This document shows, in pieces, positions 17,214 to 26,012 of a DNA stretch of 38,643 bases. The notes under the pieces are model-generated. The model saw only the letters and a list, made by a program, of their open reading frames with translations. It made no database searches and was not told where the DNA came from. The stretch is from Eubacteriales bacterium (GTDB lineage Bacteria > Bacillota > Clostridia > Oscillospirales > CAG-382): the NCBI GenBank assembly GCA_045636665.1, contig JAZTXY010000126.1, positions 1 to 38,643 on the forward strand, in the 5' to 3' direction. The translations under genes and the position numbers were made by a program. Every line of letters starts with the position of its first letter. Position 1 is the stretch's first letter.

Positions 17214-18137
17214 TTACTGCGCCAAAAGTGCTCTTACCTCGTCTTCGGTAGGCACGGAGTTTATCGCGCCTATCTTCGACACAGCCAAAGCGCCTGCCGC
17301 GTTTGCGAATTTTGCGGAAGCGAGAATATCGCCTGTGCGGAGATATTCGGTCGTGATAGCGGCGGTGAAAACGTCACCTGCGGCAGTTGTGTCGGCAACG
17401 GTAACGTCAAACGGCGAAATAAGGTCGCAATATTTGCCGTCGTAAACGTAACAGCCTCGGCCGCCGAGCTTCAAAACAACGTATTTAATATCAACACGGT
17501 TACAAAGCGCGATAGATGCGCGCAAGCAATTTTCAAGATTGTTCGGTCGGATACCCGTTAAAATTTCGGTTTCCACCTCGTTGGGAGAGAAGATTTCGAC
17601 ACGTTCAAGCTGCTCCAACGGAAAATCGCGGTTGGCGGGGCCTGCGTCCACGAAAAGCGGAACCGATTCATCCGCCGCACATTTCGCCGCGGCAATAACC
17701 GCTTCGGGACGGATTTCAAACTGAGTAAGCACCGCATCGGGATAAGAGGTGGAAAAAGCGTCCTCGACGTCAACGTCGTTTATCTTTGCGTTTGCGCCGC
17801 TGTAAACGATAATTCTGTTCGCGCCGCTTTTTTCAAGCATAACTACAGCCAAGCCGGTTTGCTCCAAACGGTCAACGCGCACGTTGCGAGTGTCAAGACC
17901 GCGCTTTTTAAAAAGCTCTATCAATCTGTCACCGTAAGCATCATCGCCCACGCGTGAGCAAAAAACAACGTCTGCGCCGAACGAAGCCGCGGCAACGGCG
18001 GCATTTGCGCCCTTACCGCCCGGTGTAAAGGCATATTTACCCGATGATATCATTGTTTCGCCGGGTGCGGGAATATAGGGCGTTGAAAGCAGGAAATCTA
18101 TATTCGAGCTACCTGCAACAAGTATGCGTTTTGCCAT
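17214..18137 (-). CDS. rbsK: Ribokinase (PfkB family)
   Basis: GGKGANAAVA, SPNEVE and DTTAAGDVF motifs; ATG 18137 after GGAGG. Confidence 0.9.
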   Translation of the reverse strand: MAKRILVAGSSNIDFLLSTPYIPAPGETMISSGKYAFTPGGKGANAAVAAASFGADVVFCSRVGDDAYGDRLIELFKKRGLDTRNVRVDRLEQTGLAVVMLEKSGANRIIVYSGANAKINDVDVEDAFSTSYPDAVLTQFEIRPEAVIAAAKCAADESVPLFVDAGPANRDFPLEQLERVEIFSPNEVETEILTGIRPNNLENCLRASIALCNRVDIKYVVLKLGGRGCYVYDGKYCDLISPFDVTVADTTAAGDVFTAAITTEYLRTGDILASAKFANAAGALAVSKIGAINSVPTEDEVRALLAQ

Positions 18138-18405
18138 TTTTGCCCTCCAAAAATACATTATTCAATTCATTTTACAACATCTGTCACCTATTGTCAAGAG
18201 GCGGAAAACACGAGTTCCTCATCAATAACGCAAGGAACGAAGTTATTTTTGCGAAAAATCTGCGACAGTCGAGTTTTTCGTGAAAGCCCTTGAAAATACA
18301 ATGAAAAATTAATTCCTTATAAAAAAATCAAGCTTCGGGATAAATCGAAGCTTGATTCTTTGTTGTGTTTATTTCTTTCAAGGGCGTAAAGAACGAGTTC
18401 CCGAC

Positions 18406-20322
18406 TTATTCTAATTCGAATGCGCCCGTATAGAGCATATAATACTGCCCCTTTTCGGCAATCAATTTTTCGTGATTGCCGCGCTCGATGATATGTCCGT
18501 TTGCAAGAACCATTATTACGTCGGAGTTGCGTACGGTTGAAAGCCTGTGCGCGATAACGAAAACCGTTCTTCCGTGCATAAGACTGTCCATACCCTTTGA
18601 AACTATCGATTCGGTTCTCGTGTCGATGCTCGAGGTTGCCTCGTCAAGAATCATAACGGGGGGATCGGCAACTGCCGCACGCGCGATGGCAAGAAGCTGT
18701 CTTTGTCCCTGCGAAAGACCGCTTCCGTCGCCCGAAAGCAGAGTATTGTAGCCATCGGAAAGAAGCTCGATAAAGCCGTGAGCGTTTGCGAGCTTTGCGG
18801 CGGCAATACATTCCTCGTCGGTCGCATCAAGACGTCCGTAACGGATGTTTTCCATAACCGTACCCGTGGAAAGGTGGGTATCCTGAAGCACCATACCGAG
18901 TGAACGGCGGAGGACGGCTTTCTTTATTTTGTTGATATTTATGCCGTCGTAGCGTATTTTACCGTCGGCAATATCGTAAAAGCGGTTGATAAGGTTCGTT
19001 ATCGTCGTCTTGCCCGCGCCCGTTGCGCCGACAAACGCAACCTTTTGACCGGGCTCGGCATAAAGCGTTACGTCGTGAAGCACCGTTTTTTCGGGAACGT
19101 AGCCGAAATCGACCTCGACCATTCGCACGTCGCCCTTAAGCTCGGTATAGGTCAAGCTTCCGTCGCCGTGGGGGTGCTTCCAAGCCCAAAGGCCGGTGCG
19201 CTCCTCGGTTTCGACAATTTCGCCGTTTTCATTGCGCTTTGCGTTGACAAGAGTAACGTAGCCCTCATCGGATTCGGGCTCCTCGTCCATAATTTCAAAA
19301 ATACGCTTTGCGCCCGCAAGCGCCATAATAACTGCGTTGATTTGCTGAGTAACCTGATTTATCGGGTTGGTAAAGCTCTTTGAAAGCTGTAAAAACGCAA
19401 CCAAGCCGCCGGGGGTAAGCGATTCGGTAAGAATAACCAACAAGCCGCCGAGCGTTGCAACGAGAATATACTGCAAGTGGCTTAGATTGTTTGTAACGGG
19501 GCCTAAGCTGTTTGCAAAAACGTTTGCGTTTTTCGCGTTTTCACAAAGCTCGTCGTTAATGGCATCGAATTCTTCCTTTGTTTTCTTCTCGCGGCAGAAT
19601 ACCTGAACGACCTTTTGACCGTTTATCATTTCTTCGATATAGCCGTTTGCCTTACCGACGGACTTTTGCTGCTTTAGGAAGAAGGCGCCGCTTTTTCCGC
19701 CTATTTTTTTAACGATGACCATTATCAAAAATGCGGCAACGACTACGAAAAGCGTCAACCACACGTTTGTGGTGAGCATTGCGAAAAAGACGGCAACGAC
19801 CGTACAAAGCGACGAGAAGATCGAGGGAATGCTTTGCGATATCATCATTCGAAGCGTGTCGGTGTCGTTGGTGTAACGGCTCATCGTGTCGCCAAACGAA
19901 TGGGTATCGAAATATTTAATGGGGAGCGATTGCATTTTTATAAACATTCGGTCGCGTATGTCCTTGAGCACCGATTGAGCGACAACGCACATAATGCGGT
20001 TATATGCAAACGCCGCCAATGCGCCGAGCACGTAAACGATAGCGAGAACGATAATTTCCTTTAAAAGTCCCGACATATCGGTGCTTTTTGCCGCGATAAG
20101 CGGATCGATATAGCCGTCAACGAGTGTTTCGAGAAATTTCGAGCCGTAAACGCCTGCCAAGGAGCTTGCGATGATACACAAAATTACCAAGAAAAGGCGC
20201 CATTTATAGGCTATGAGGTAGGAAAGAATGCGTTTTACTACCTTGAAGTCCATTTTTTGTCCGGGCACGCGCACTCCGCGCATCGGACGCATTTCTTCTT
20301 GCGGTTTTTTGCCTTGATTCAT
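18406..20322 (-). CDS. ABC exporter, fused permease/ATPase (consensus-site subunit)
   Basis: TM helices; GATGAGKTT, LSQGQRQ, ILDEATSS and IAHRLST motifs. Confidence 0.95.
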   Translation of the reverse strand: MNQGKKPQEEMRPMRGVRVPGQKMDFKVVKRILSYLIAYKWRLFLVILCIIASSLAGVYGSKFLETLVDGYIDPLIAAKSTDMSGLLKEIIVLAIVYVLGALAAFAYNRIMCVVAQSVLKDIRDRMFIKMQSLPIKYFDTHSFGDTMSRYTNDTDTLRMMISQSIPSIFSSLCTVVAVFFAMLTTNVWLTLFVVVAAFLIMVIVKKIGGKSGAFFLKQQKSVGKANGYIEEMINGQKVVQVFCREKKTKEEFDAINDELCENAKNANVFANSLGPVTNNLSHLQYILVATLGGLLVILTESLTPGGLVAFLQLSKSFTNPINQVTQQINAVIMALAGAKRIFEIMDEEPESDEGYVTLVNAKRNENGEIVETEERTGLWAWKHPHGDGSLTYTELKGDVRMVEVDFGYVPEKTVLHDVTLYAEPGQKVAFVGATGAGKTTITNLINRFYDIADGKIRYDGININKIKKAVLRRSLGMVLQDTHLSTGTVMENIRYGRLDATDEECIAAAKLANAHGFIELLSDGYNTLLSGDGSGLSQGQRQLLAIARAAVADPPVMILDEATSSIDTRTESIVSKGMDSLMHGRTVFVIAHRLSTVRNSDVIMVLANGHIIERGNHEKLIAEKGQYYMLYTGAFELE

Positions 20323-22079
20323 TCCTTATCCTCTCCTTTCACCTGAGATTCATATACCTCGCGGTAGATGGTGTTATTTTCGATCAATTCGGCGTGAGTA
20401 CCGATTCCGTTAATTTCGCCGTTATCGATAACGATTATTCTGTCGCAATCCTGCACCGAGGAAATTCTTTGCGCGATGATAAGCTTTGTCGTGCCGGGAA
20501 TCTTCGTTGCCATGGTTTTGCGAAGCATTGCGTCGGTTTTGGTGTCGACTGCGCTTGTAGAGTCGTCCATAATGAGTATTTTCGGGTTTTTAAGTAATGC
20601 TCTCGCAATACAAAGACGCTGCTTTTGACCGCCCGAAACGTTTGTACCGCCCTGCTCGATAAAGGTATCGTAGCCGTCGGGGAAGGAATTGACAAATTCG
20701 TCGGCGCACGATGCGATACAAGCTTCTCTAATCTCCTCGTCGGTGGCATTTTCGTTGCCCCAGCGAAGATTTTCCTTGATTGTGCCCGAGAAGAGCAGAT
20801 TTTTTTGAAGCACCATTGCAACCGAATCACGCAAAACGTGCAGGTCGTAATTTTTGACGTTTTGACCGCCGACGGTAACTTCACCCTCGCCGACGTCGTA
20901 AAGACGGGGGATAAGCTGAACGAGTGTCGATTTACTGCTTCCCGTACCGCCGATTATACCGATTGTTTCGCCAGATTCGATGCGGAAATTGATATTTTTA
21001 AGCACGTTTTTGCCCTCGTTATAGGCAAAATTTACGTTGCGGAATTCGATACTGCCGTCAGTTACCTCGGTAATTGCGCCGTTTTCGGGTGTTTTAATGG
21101 TGCTTTCCTCGTCAAGAACCTCGCAAACACGCTCTGCCGATGCGCGCGACATAACGATAGTTACGAAAATCATCGAAAGCGACATAAGCGACATAAGGAT
21201 TTGCATTGTGTAGTTGAGCAACGCGGTAAGGTCGCCTGTTTGCATCACGTCGCCGACGCCGAGCACGTTGTAATTGACGATAAGCGATGCGCCGAGCCAG
21301 CTTAAAAGCAAAATACAGGAATAAACCGAAATTTGCATAAGCGGCATATTAAAGGCAAGAATCTTTTCCGCCTTTATCGAATCATCCTTGATTTCAGAGG
21401 AAACCTCGGTGAATTTGCCGATTTCCTTTTCCTCGCGCACAAACGCTTTAACAACACGCACACCGCGAAGGTTTTCCTGCACGACGCGGTTCAATTTGTC
21501 GTAGCGCTTGAACATTCTTTTGAAAATCGGGTGCGCCTTTATCATAATAAGCCAAAGACCGATAACCATAATCGGAACAGCGCCAAGGAAGATAAGCGCA
21601 AGCTTTGTGTTGATTGTAAACGCCATAATAAGCGAAAAAATCATCATAGCAGGGCTTCTCACCGCGATACGGATGAGCATATGGAAAACATCCTGAAGAC
21701 GGTTAACGTCGGTGGTCATTCTTGTTACAAGACTCGAGGAGGAAAATTTGTCGATGTTTCTGAAGGAAAACTCCGAAACTCTGCCAAACATTTTTTTGCG
21801 AAGATTTTTCGCAAAGCCGGTACTCGCAATTGCGGCGCTTCTGCCCGCAAATACGCCGAAAAACAGCGAAAACAAAGCGCAGACCGCAATAAGTCCGCCC
21901 ATGATAAGAATGTACTTCATATCACCCTCGCCGTTATTGCCGTAAATACCGACGTTTATAAGACGCGCGATGAGAAGCGGAATAATTACTTCCATCGTAA
22001 CCTCGCCAACCATAAACAACGGCGAAAAGACGGTATGCTTAACGTAGCCTTTTATGTTTTTTGCAAGCTTTTTAATCAT
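20319..22079 (-). CDS. ABC exporter, fused permease/ATPase (degenerate-site subunit)
   Basis: GGTGSSKST, VSGGQKQR, IMDDSTSA and IAQRISS motifs; heterodimer partner of 18406-20322. Confidence 0.95.
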   Translation of the reverse strand: MIKKLAKNIKGYVKHTVFSPLFMVGEVTMEVIIPLLIARLINVGIYGNNGEGDMKYILIMGGLIAVCALFSLFFGVFAGRSAAIASTGFAKNLRKKMFGRVSEFSFRNIDKFSSSSLVTRMTTDVNRLQDVFHMLIRIAVRSPAMMIFSLIMAFTINTKLALIFLGAVPIMVIGLWLIMIKAHPIFKRMFKRYDKLNRVVQENLRGVRVVKAFVREEKEIGKFTEVSSEIKDDSIKAEKILAFNMPLMQISVYSCILLLSWLGASLIVNYNVLGVGDVMQTGDLTALLNYTMQILMSLMSLSMIFVTIVMSRASAERVCEVLDEESTIKTPENGAITEVTDGSIEFRNVNFAYNEGKNVLKNINFRIESGETIGIIGGTGSSKSTLVQLIPRLYDVGEGEVTVGGQNVKNYDLHVLRDSVAMVLQKNLLFSGTIKENLRWGNENATDEEIREACIASCADEFVNSFPDGYDTFIEQGGTNVSGGQKQRLCIARALLKNPKILIMDDSTSAVDTKTDAMLRKTMATKIPGTTKLIIAQRISSVQDCDRIIVIDNGEINGIGTHAELIENNTIYREVYESQVKGEDKE

Positions 22080-22551
22080 TTTTGTCCTCCTTGGAATCGA
22101 ATGAATGCATTTTTTCGGCGTTTGCCGCGTTGTTCGCTATCTTTTCTGAAACCGAAAGCCAAACCGCTTTTTCTTCCTCGGTAATTCCGTTCAGAAGCGC
22201 ACGTTCGAACGATTGGATGTGCTTTTCGTGCTTTTCGTGAATAAGCAGTGCCTTTTCGGTAAGCTTTATCCGCTTAAGACGCGCATCGCTTTCGCTTTTT
22301 TCGCGAACGACAAGCCCGTTTTTTTCCATAAGCTTTAAAATCTCGGTCATTGTCGGACGGCGCACCGAAAATTGCTTTTCTATATCGCGCTGAAAAATAT
22401 CGCGGTCGCGGTTGTCGTAAAGGTATCCGATTACCCAGCCGTGTGTGCCCGTGCATTCAAATCCGCTTCGCGATTTGCTGGCTTCAAACGCACGCTTTAT
22501 GGCAACCGAAAGCGTTCTTACGCGGAACCCGACGCTGTTTTTTCGTTCCAT
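22072..22551 (-). CDS. MarR family transcriptional regulator
   Basis: IFQRDIE..VRRPTMTEILKLMEKNGLV..DARLKRIKLT; first gene of the ABC operon. Confidence 0.92.
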   Translation of the reverse strand: MERKNSVGFRVRTLSVAIKRAFEASKSRSGFECTGTHGWVIGYLYDNRDRDIFQRDIEKQFSVRRPTMTEILKLMEKNGLVVREKSESDARLKRIKLTEKALLIHEKHEKHIQSFERALLNGITEEEKAVWLSVSEKIANNAANAEKMHSFDSKEDKND

Positions 22552-22552
22552 A

Positions 22553-22609
22553 GTTAGCCCCCTAACAGTTAGTACCCTAACATTGTATTCATATGCTCTA
22601 ATTTGTCAA
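22553..22609 (-). promoter_or_regulatory. Tandem MarR-type operators and promoter
   Basis: GTTAG-N4-CTAAC twice (22553-22566, 22568-22581); TTGACA(22609-22604)-N16-TACAAT(22587-22582) on the minus strand. Confidence 0.75.
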
Positions 22610-22712
22610 TAGTAAAGTTGTTAAATATTTGAAAAAATATCCGTAAGGGCTTGACTTTTTAAAGAATCGGTGTTAGAATAGTCTGCGCACAAGGGTTTGT
22701 GCAAAAAAATAT

Positions 22713-22786
22713 TGCGGAATTGTGTAACGGCAGCACGGCAGACTCTGACTCTGTTTGTTGGGGTTCGAATCCCTATTCCGCAGCCA
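22713..22786 (+). tRNA. tRNA-Gln (CTG)
   Basis: Acceptor stem TGCGGAA/TTCCGCA; anticodon loop CTCTGAC; GTTCGAATC T-arm; encoded CCA; promoter TTGACT-N17-TAGAAT at 22651-22679. Confidence 0.96.
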
Positions 22787-22831
22787 TAAAAGCAGATAGG
22801 CTATTGCCTATCTGTTTTTTTGTTCTATATC

Positions 22832-22934
22832 GCGGAAGATTCGAACGGGTCGGTAGTGAATGACAGTCCGGGGGACTGTCAGAGCCGACCCTGACCGAGC
22901 CCGCAGGCGAGAACGAATCCCTATTCCGCAGCCA
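22832..22934 (+). repeat. Palindromic mini-element ending in an exact 21-bp copy of the tRNA-Gln 3' end
   Basis: 22914-22934 equals 22766-22786; nested stems GATTCG/CGAATC, GGGTCGG/CCGACCC and TGACAGTCC/GGACTGTCA; terminators at 22793-22821 and 22935-22962. Confidence 0.8.
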
Positions 22935-23040
22935 AAAAAAACCACCACTCGGTGGTTTTTTTGTTTTACTTTGAAATTTAATATTTTTTCGTCTTTTCCT
23001 TCGCTTGCCGTCATATTATTGAACAAAACCCTTTTCGGGA

Positions 23041-23298
23041 GTGATTTTTATTACATACAGCGATATTGAAGAGAGAGTAAAAGAGGTTGCGCTTTACGTT
23101 GCCGAAACGGGTGCAACGGTGCGTGTGGCGGCAAAAAGGTTCGGCATTAGCAAAAGCACGGTGCACAAGGATATGACAAGCCGGTTGAAATACATAGATC
23201 ACGAGCTTTTTTTGGTTGTAAGCGCGATTCTTGAAAAAAACCGAGCCGAGCGGCATTTACGCGGCGGCGAAGCGACAAGAAAAAAGTTCAGAAAATAA
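23041..23298 (+). CDS. spoIIID: Sporulation transcriptional regulator SpoIIID
   Basis: IEERV..ATVRVAAKRFGISKSTVHKD..ERHLRGGEATRKK. Confidence 0.95.
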   Translation: MIFITYSDIEERVKEVALYVAETGATVRVAAKRFGISKSTVHKDMTSRLKYIDHELFLVVSAILEKNRAERHLRGGEATRKKFRK

Positions 23299-23300
23299 AG

Positions 23301-23335
23301 AAAGAAGGCGCAACTGTTTAAGCGCCTTCTTTTTT
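23301..23335. terminator. Bidirectional terminator
   Basis: AAAGAAGGCGC-N10-GCGCCTTCTTT. Confidence 0.75.
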
Positions 23336-23354
23336 GTTTGTGACCGTTTATTAA

Positions 23355-25025
23355 TTAACCGCCGATGGTGTAGGTGCCCATAACGTGGCGCTTGATAAGA
23401 ATGTAGTCATACTTTTCAACGCCGTCCTTGCCGTTAACGTCAGCAGCCTTTTGCTGTGCGTCGGTAAGGTCCAAGGTGCCCATAACAGCGCGCTTGAGAG
23501 CGATATAGTCGTATTTATCTACTTCGCTGTCGCCGTTTACGTCGCCGAGCACAAAGAGCTCCGCAGGGTCGGCAAGCATATAGAAGCTAAGATGGGTTGT
23601 GGTGAAGGTGTAATAGCCGTTTTCGAACACAGCATTCATATCGGTCATCGTGCCGTTATCCGCAACGTGATATACCTTCATGCCGTTATTCGAGCCTTCG
23701 GGTGCGAGAATCGAAATTTTAAGCTCGCCGTTGGGCTGAACGGAAACGTTTTCGTCATTGATAAGAGAAATATCATAGATAACTGCCGAGCTGATATTTT
23801 CGATAGCGGGAAGTATTTCCTTAAACTCTTCCTTGGAAACAGAGTTGATTTTAAGCTCTGCATCGGTAGGAATTACTCCCTCAGCCGCTTCAACCGAAAC
23901 AGCTTTTTGGGTGGAATTGCAAATAACGAACTTGCCTAGGGCAGAAACACAAATTACGATAGAGTTTGTGGACTTATCGATGGTGGCAGGGAGCTTTTCG
24001 TTGTCTGTAGAGCTGTTAAAACGATAAACAACGGGAGAATCGTAGCCCTCGGGAATTTTAAAGGATATGTACGCACCATCAATGGGCTTTGCGGCATCGG
24101 AATCAAAGTTATAGCCGTAAATGTTGTAGTATTTGAAATCGTCCGCCTTGTCAGCCAAAAACTTTGCGGCCTGTGCATAGCTGTAATTTTCTTCGCCATA
24201 TTCGAATTGCTTGATCTCTTCAATGTTGATGGTCGTGAAGGGAGCAAACTGTTCAGCGGCATTGAGGATATCAACGTCGGTTTTATAATGCTTTTCAACG
24301 AAAACCACACCGGTGACCGACTTCGAATCGAAGCTTTCGGGAAGATCGGCTTCGGTGTAATCCTCTTGAGCTAAAAAGCGCACGTATCCGGTTTCCTCGC
24401 TATATTCAACGGTATAGCGTCTGCCGCTGTTTGCAAGGCCTGCGGTATACGTATATCCGTCTGGGCCGGCTTCGAAGATTTTTCCATCATATTCATATTC
24501 GTTCGGCCAATCCAATTCCGATATCTTGTCGTATTCCGAATCGGGAAGCTCTTCACGAATATACGTAGCGTAATAAACGTAATAGGTGCCGTCGGCGTTT
24601 TCCTTAAAGCCGATATATTCTCTGGGCGCAAGCGTGCCGCCGAAGCCGCCAATCCATTCTACCTTGTAGGTATGGCTTTCTTCGTCGTATTGTGCCCAAT
24701 ATCTTAAGTTTTCAAAATCCGCAGAGCTGAGCTTGAAGATTTTGTTAAGGTGCTCTTCGTAAATATTGCCGTCGATTTGGTAAGTGTACTCGTTTGCTGC
24801 CTCATCGTATCCTATAGGAAGATAGGTATCGTAAAGATCACGCGACATTCTGAATTGGACGTAGCTGACACCGAGAGAATGGAAATAGTCGAGCGAGCCA
24901 ACCTGATTCTTGAACACCGAGTCAAGAGATACACTTGTTTCGAGAGTTTCGCGTGCGCTTGTGGGGATGCAAAAGGCAGAGATGGTTAAAATCGCCGCCA
25001 AAAGAATTGATATAAGTCTTTTCAT
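23355..25025 (-). CDS. Secreted protein of unknown function with two related beta modules and a C-terminal dockerin
   Basis: Signal peptide; YDISL..VQPNG..VYHV..FTTTHLSFY module; GDVNGDSEVDKYDYIALKR / ADVNGKDGVEKYDYILIKRHVMGTYTI dockerin. Confidence 0.85.
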   Translation of the reverse strand: MKRLISILLAAILTISAFCIPTSARETLETSVSLDSVFKNQVGSLDYFHSLGVSYVQFRMSRDLYDTYLPIGYDEAANEYTYQIDGNIYEEHLNKIFKLSSADFENLRYWAQYDEESHTYKVEWIGGFGGTLAPREYIGFKENADGTYYVYYATYIREELPDSEYDKISELDWPNEYEYDGKIFEAGPDGYTYTAGLANSGRRYTVEYSEETGYVRFLAQEDYTEADLPESFDSKSVTGVVFVEKHYKTDVDILNAAEQFAPFTTINIEEIKQFEYGEENYSYAQAAKFLADKADDFKYYNIYGYNFDSDAAKPIDGAYISFKIPEGYDSPVVYRFNSSTDNEKLPATIDKSTNSIVICVSALGKFVICNSTQKAVSVEAAEGVIPTDAELKINSVSKEEFKEILPAIENISSAVIYDISLINDENVSVQPNGELKISILAPEGSNNGMKVYHVADNGTMTDMNAVFENGYYTFTTTHLSFYMLADPAELFVLGDVNGDSEVDKYDYIALKRAVMGTLDLTDAQQKAADVNGKDGVEKYDYILIKRHVMGTYTIGG

Positions 25026-25053
25026 TGTCAGTTTCTTCCTAATATATTACATA

Positions 25054-25986
25054 TTACTTTCTTTGCGATGCGGCATAGAATTCCTCGAAGGCGAATCCGT
25101 CGAACGAGGGATCTTCTTCGGTAAGGTCGGCGATATTTTCGGTCGTACCGCCGTTTGCCATACTCTTCTTGCCTGCAAGCATAATTTTGATCGAATCGGT
25201 CATTTGCTTAACGGTTGCAAGCTTATTTTCCTTGCCTGCCATATAAGCGCAGACCTGCTTAAGCATTGCTTCGTAAACCTTGTTGCTGTCGATCTTATAA
25301 GCAAAGCTTGTTTTGCTTGTCATTACGAGCGCGGTGGAGGGCTGCCAACCCTTTTTGCAGATGTGGTAGCAAGCCGAAGCACCGTTTTCGAAAAGAACGT
25401 AAAAGCTGTCGCAGGGAACGTCGCCAACCGTATTTGTGCCGAGGTAACGGGTGGAAACGGGAGTTACGTCGCCAAGGAAGCCCATTATCGATTCGACCGC
25501 ATGTATTGCATAGTTAAATTCGTCCACACCTACCATTACCGAAATGTGGATAACGTTGCCTCTTTCCTCGTCGGGGATGGCAAAAAACGAATCGTGCTCA
25601 TAGGTATAGCGCATTGCACTTGTTCCGAGAATTACTTTGCCCTGATTAGCAAGCTCTTCAAAGATTTTAACGTCTTTAAGGTTACCTGCAAGCGGTTTAT
25701 CGATAAAAACGGGAACGTTTGCTTCGATAAAAGGCATCGCCTGACGGACGTGGTTATCCCAGTTACAGCTTTGGATAAACGCGATGTCGATATCCTTTGC
25801 CATTTCTGCGAGGTCTGTATAACGCTTGTCAAGACCGAATTTTTCGATAAAGGAATTAACCTCCTCGTCGGTACGGAAAGCGTCGTTATAGATTGCGGTA
25901 TATTTGCCCTCGTCGCCCTTTAAAAGAATTTCGGCAAAGGAGGGTGCGTGAGATGTGTCGATATTAACGGTACCAATTCTGAACAT
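25054..25986 (-). CDS. Gfo/Idh/MocA-family oxidoreductase
   Basis: IGTVNIDTSHAPSF, PVFIDKPLA and YAIHAVE motifs. Confidence 0.8.
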   Translation of the reverse strand: MFRIGTVNIDTSHAPSFAEILLKGDEGKYTAIYNDAFRTDEEVNSFIEKFGLDKRYTDLAEMAKDIDIAFIQSCNWDNHVRQAMPFIEANVPVFIDKPLAGNLKDVKIFEELANQGKVILGTSAMRYTYEHDSFFAIPDEERGNVIHISVMVGVDEFNYAIHAVESIMGFLGDVTPVSTRYLGTNTVGDVPCDSFYVLFENGASACYHICKKGWQPSTALVMTSKTSFAYKIDSNKVYEAMLKQVCAYMAGKENKLATVKQMTDSIKIMLAGKKSMANGGTTENIADLTEEDPSFDGFAFEEFYAASQRK

Positions 25987-26012
25987 AACGTTTTATCCTT
26001 TCGTAATCAAAA

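Noticed and set aside
18160..18400. Possible ncRNA between rbsK and the ABC operon
   Set aside because: Only a promoter and a terminator hairpin (AATCAAGCTTCG/CGAAGCTTGATT) are evident; no further convincing structure
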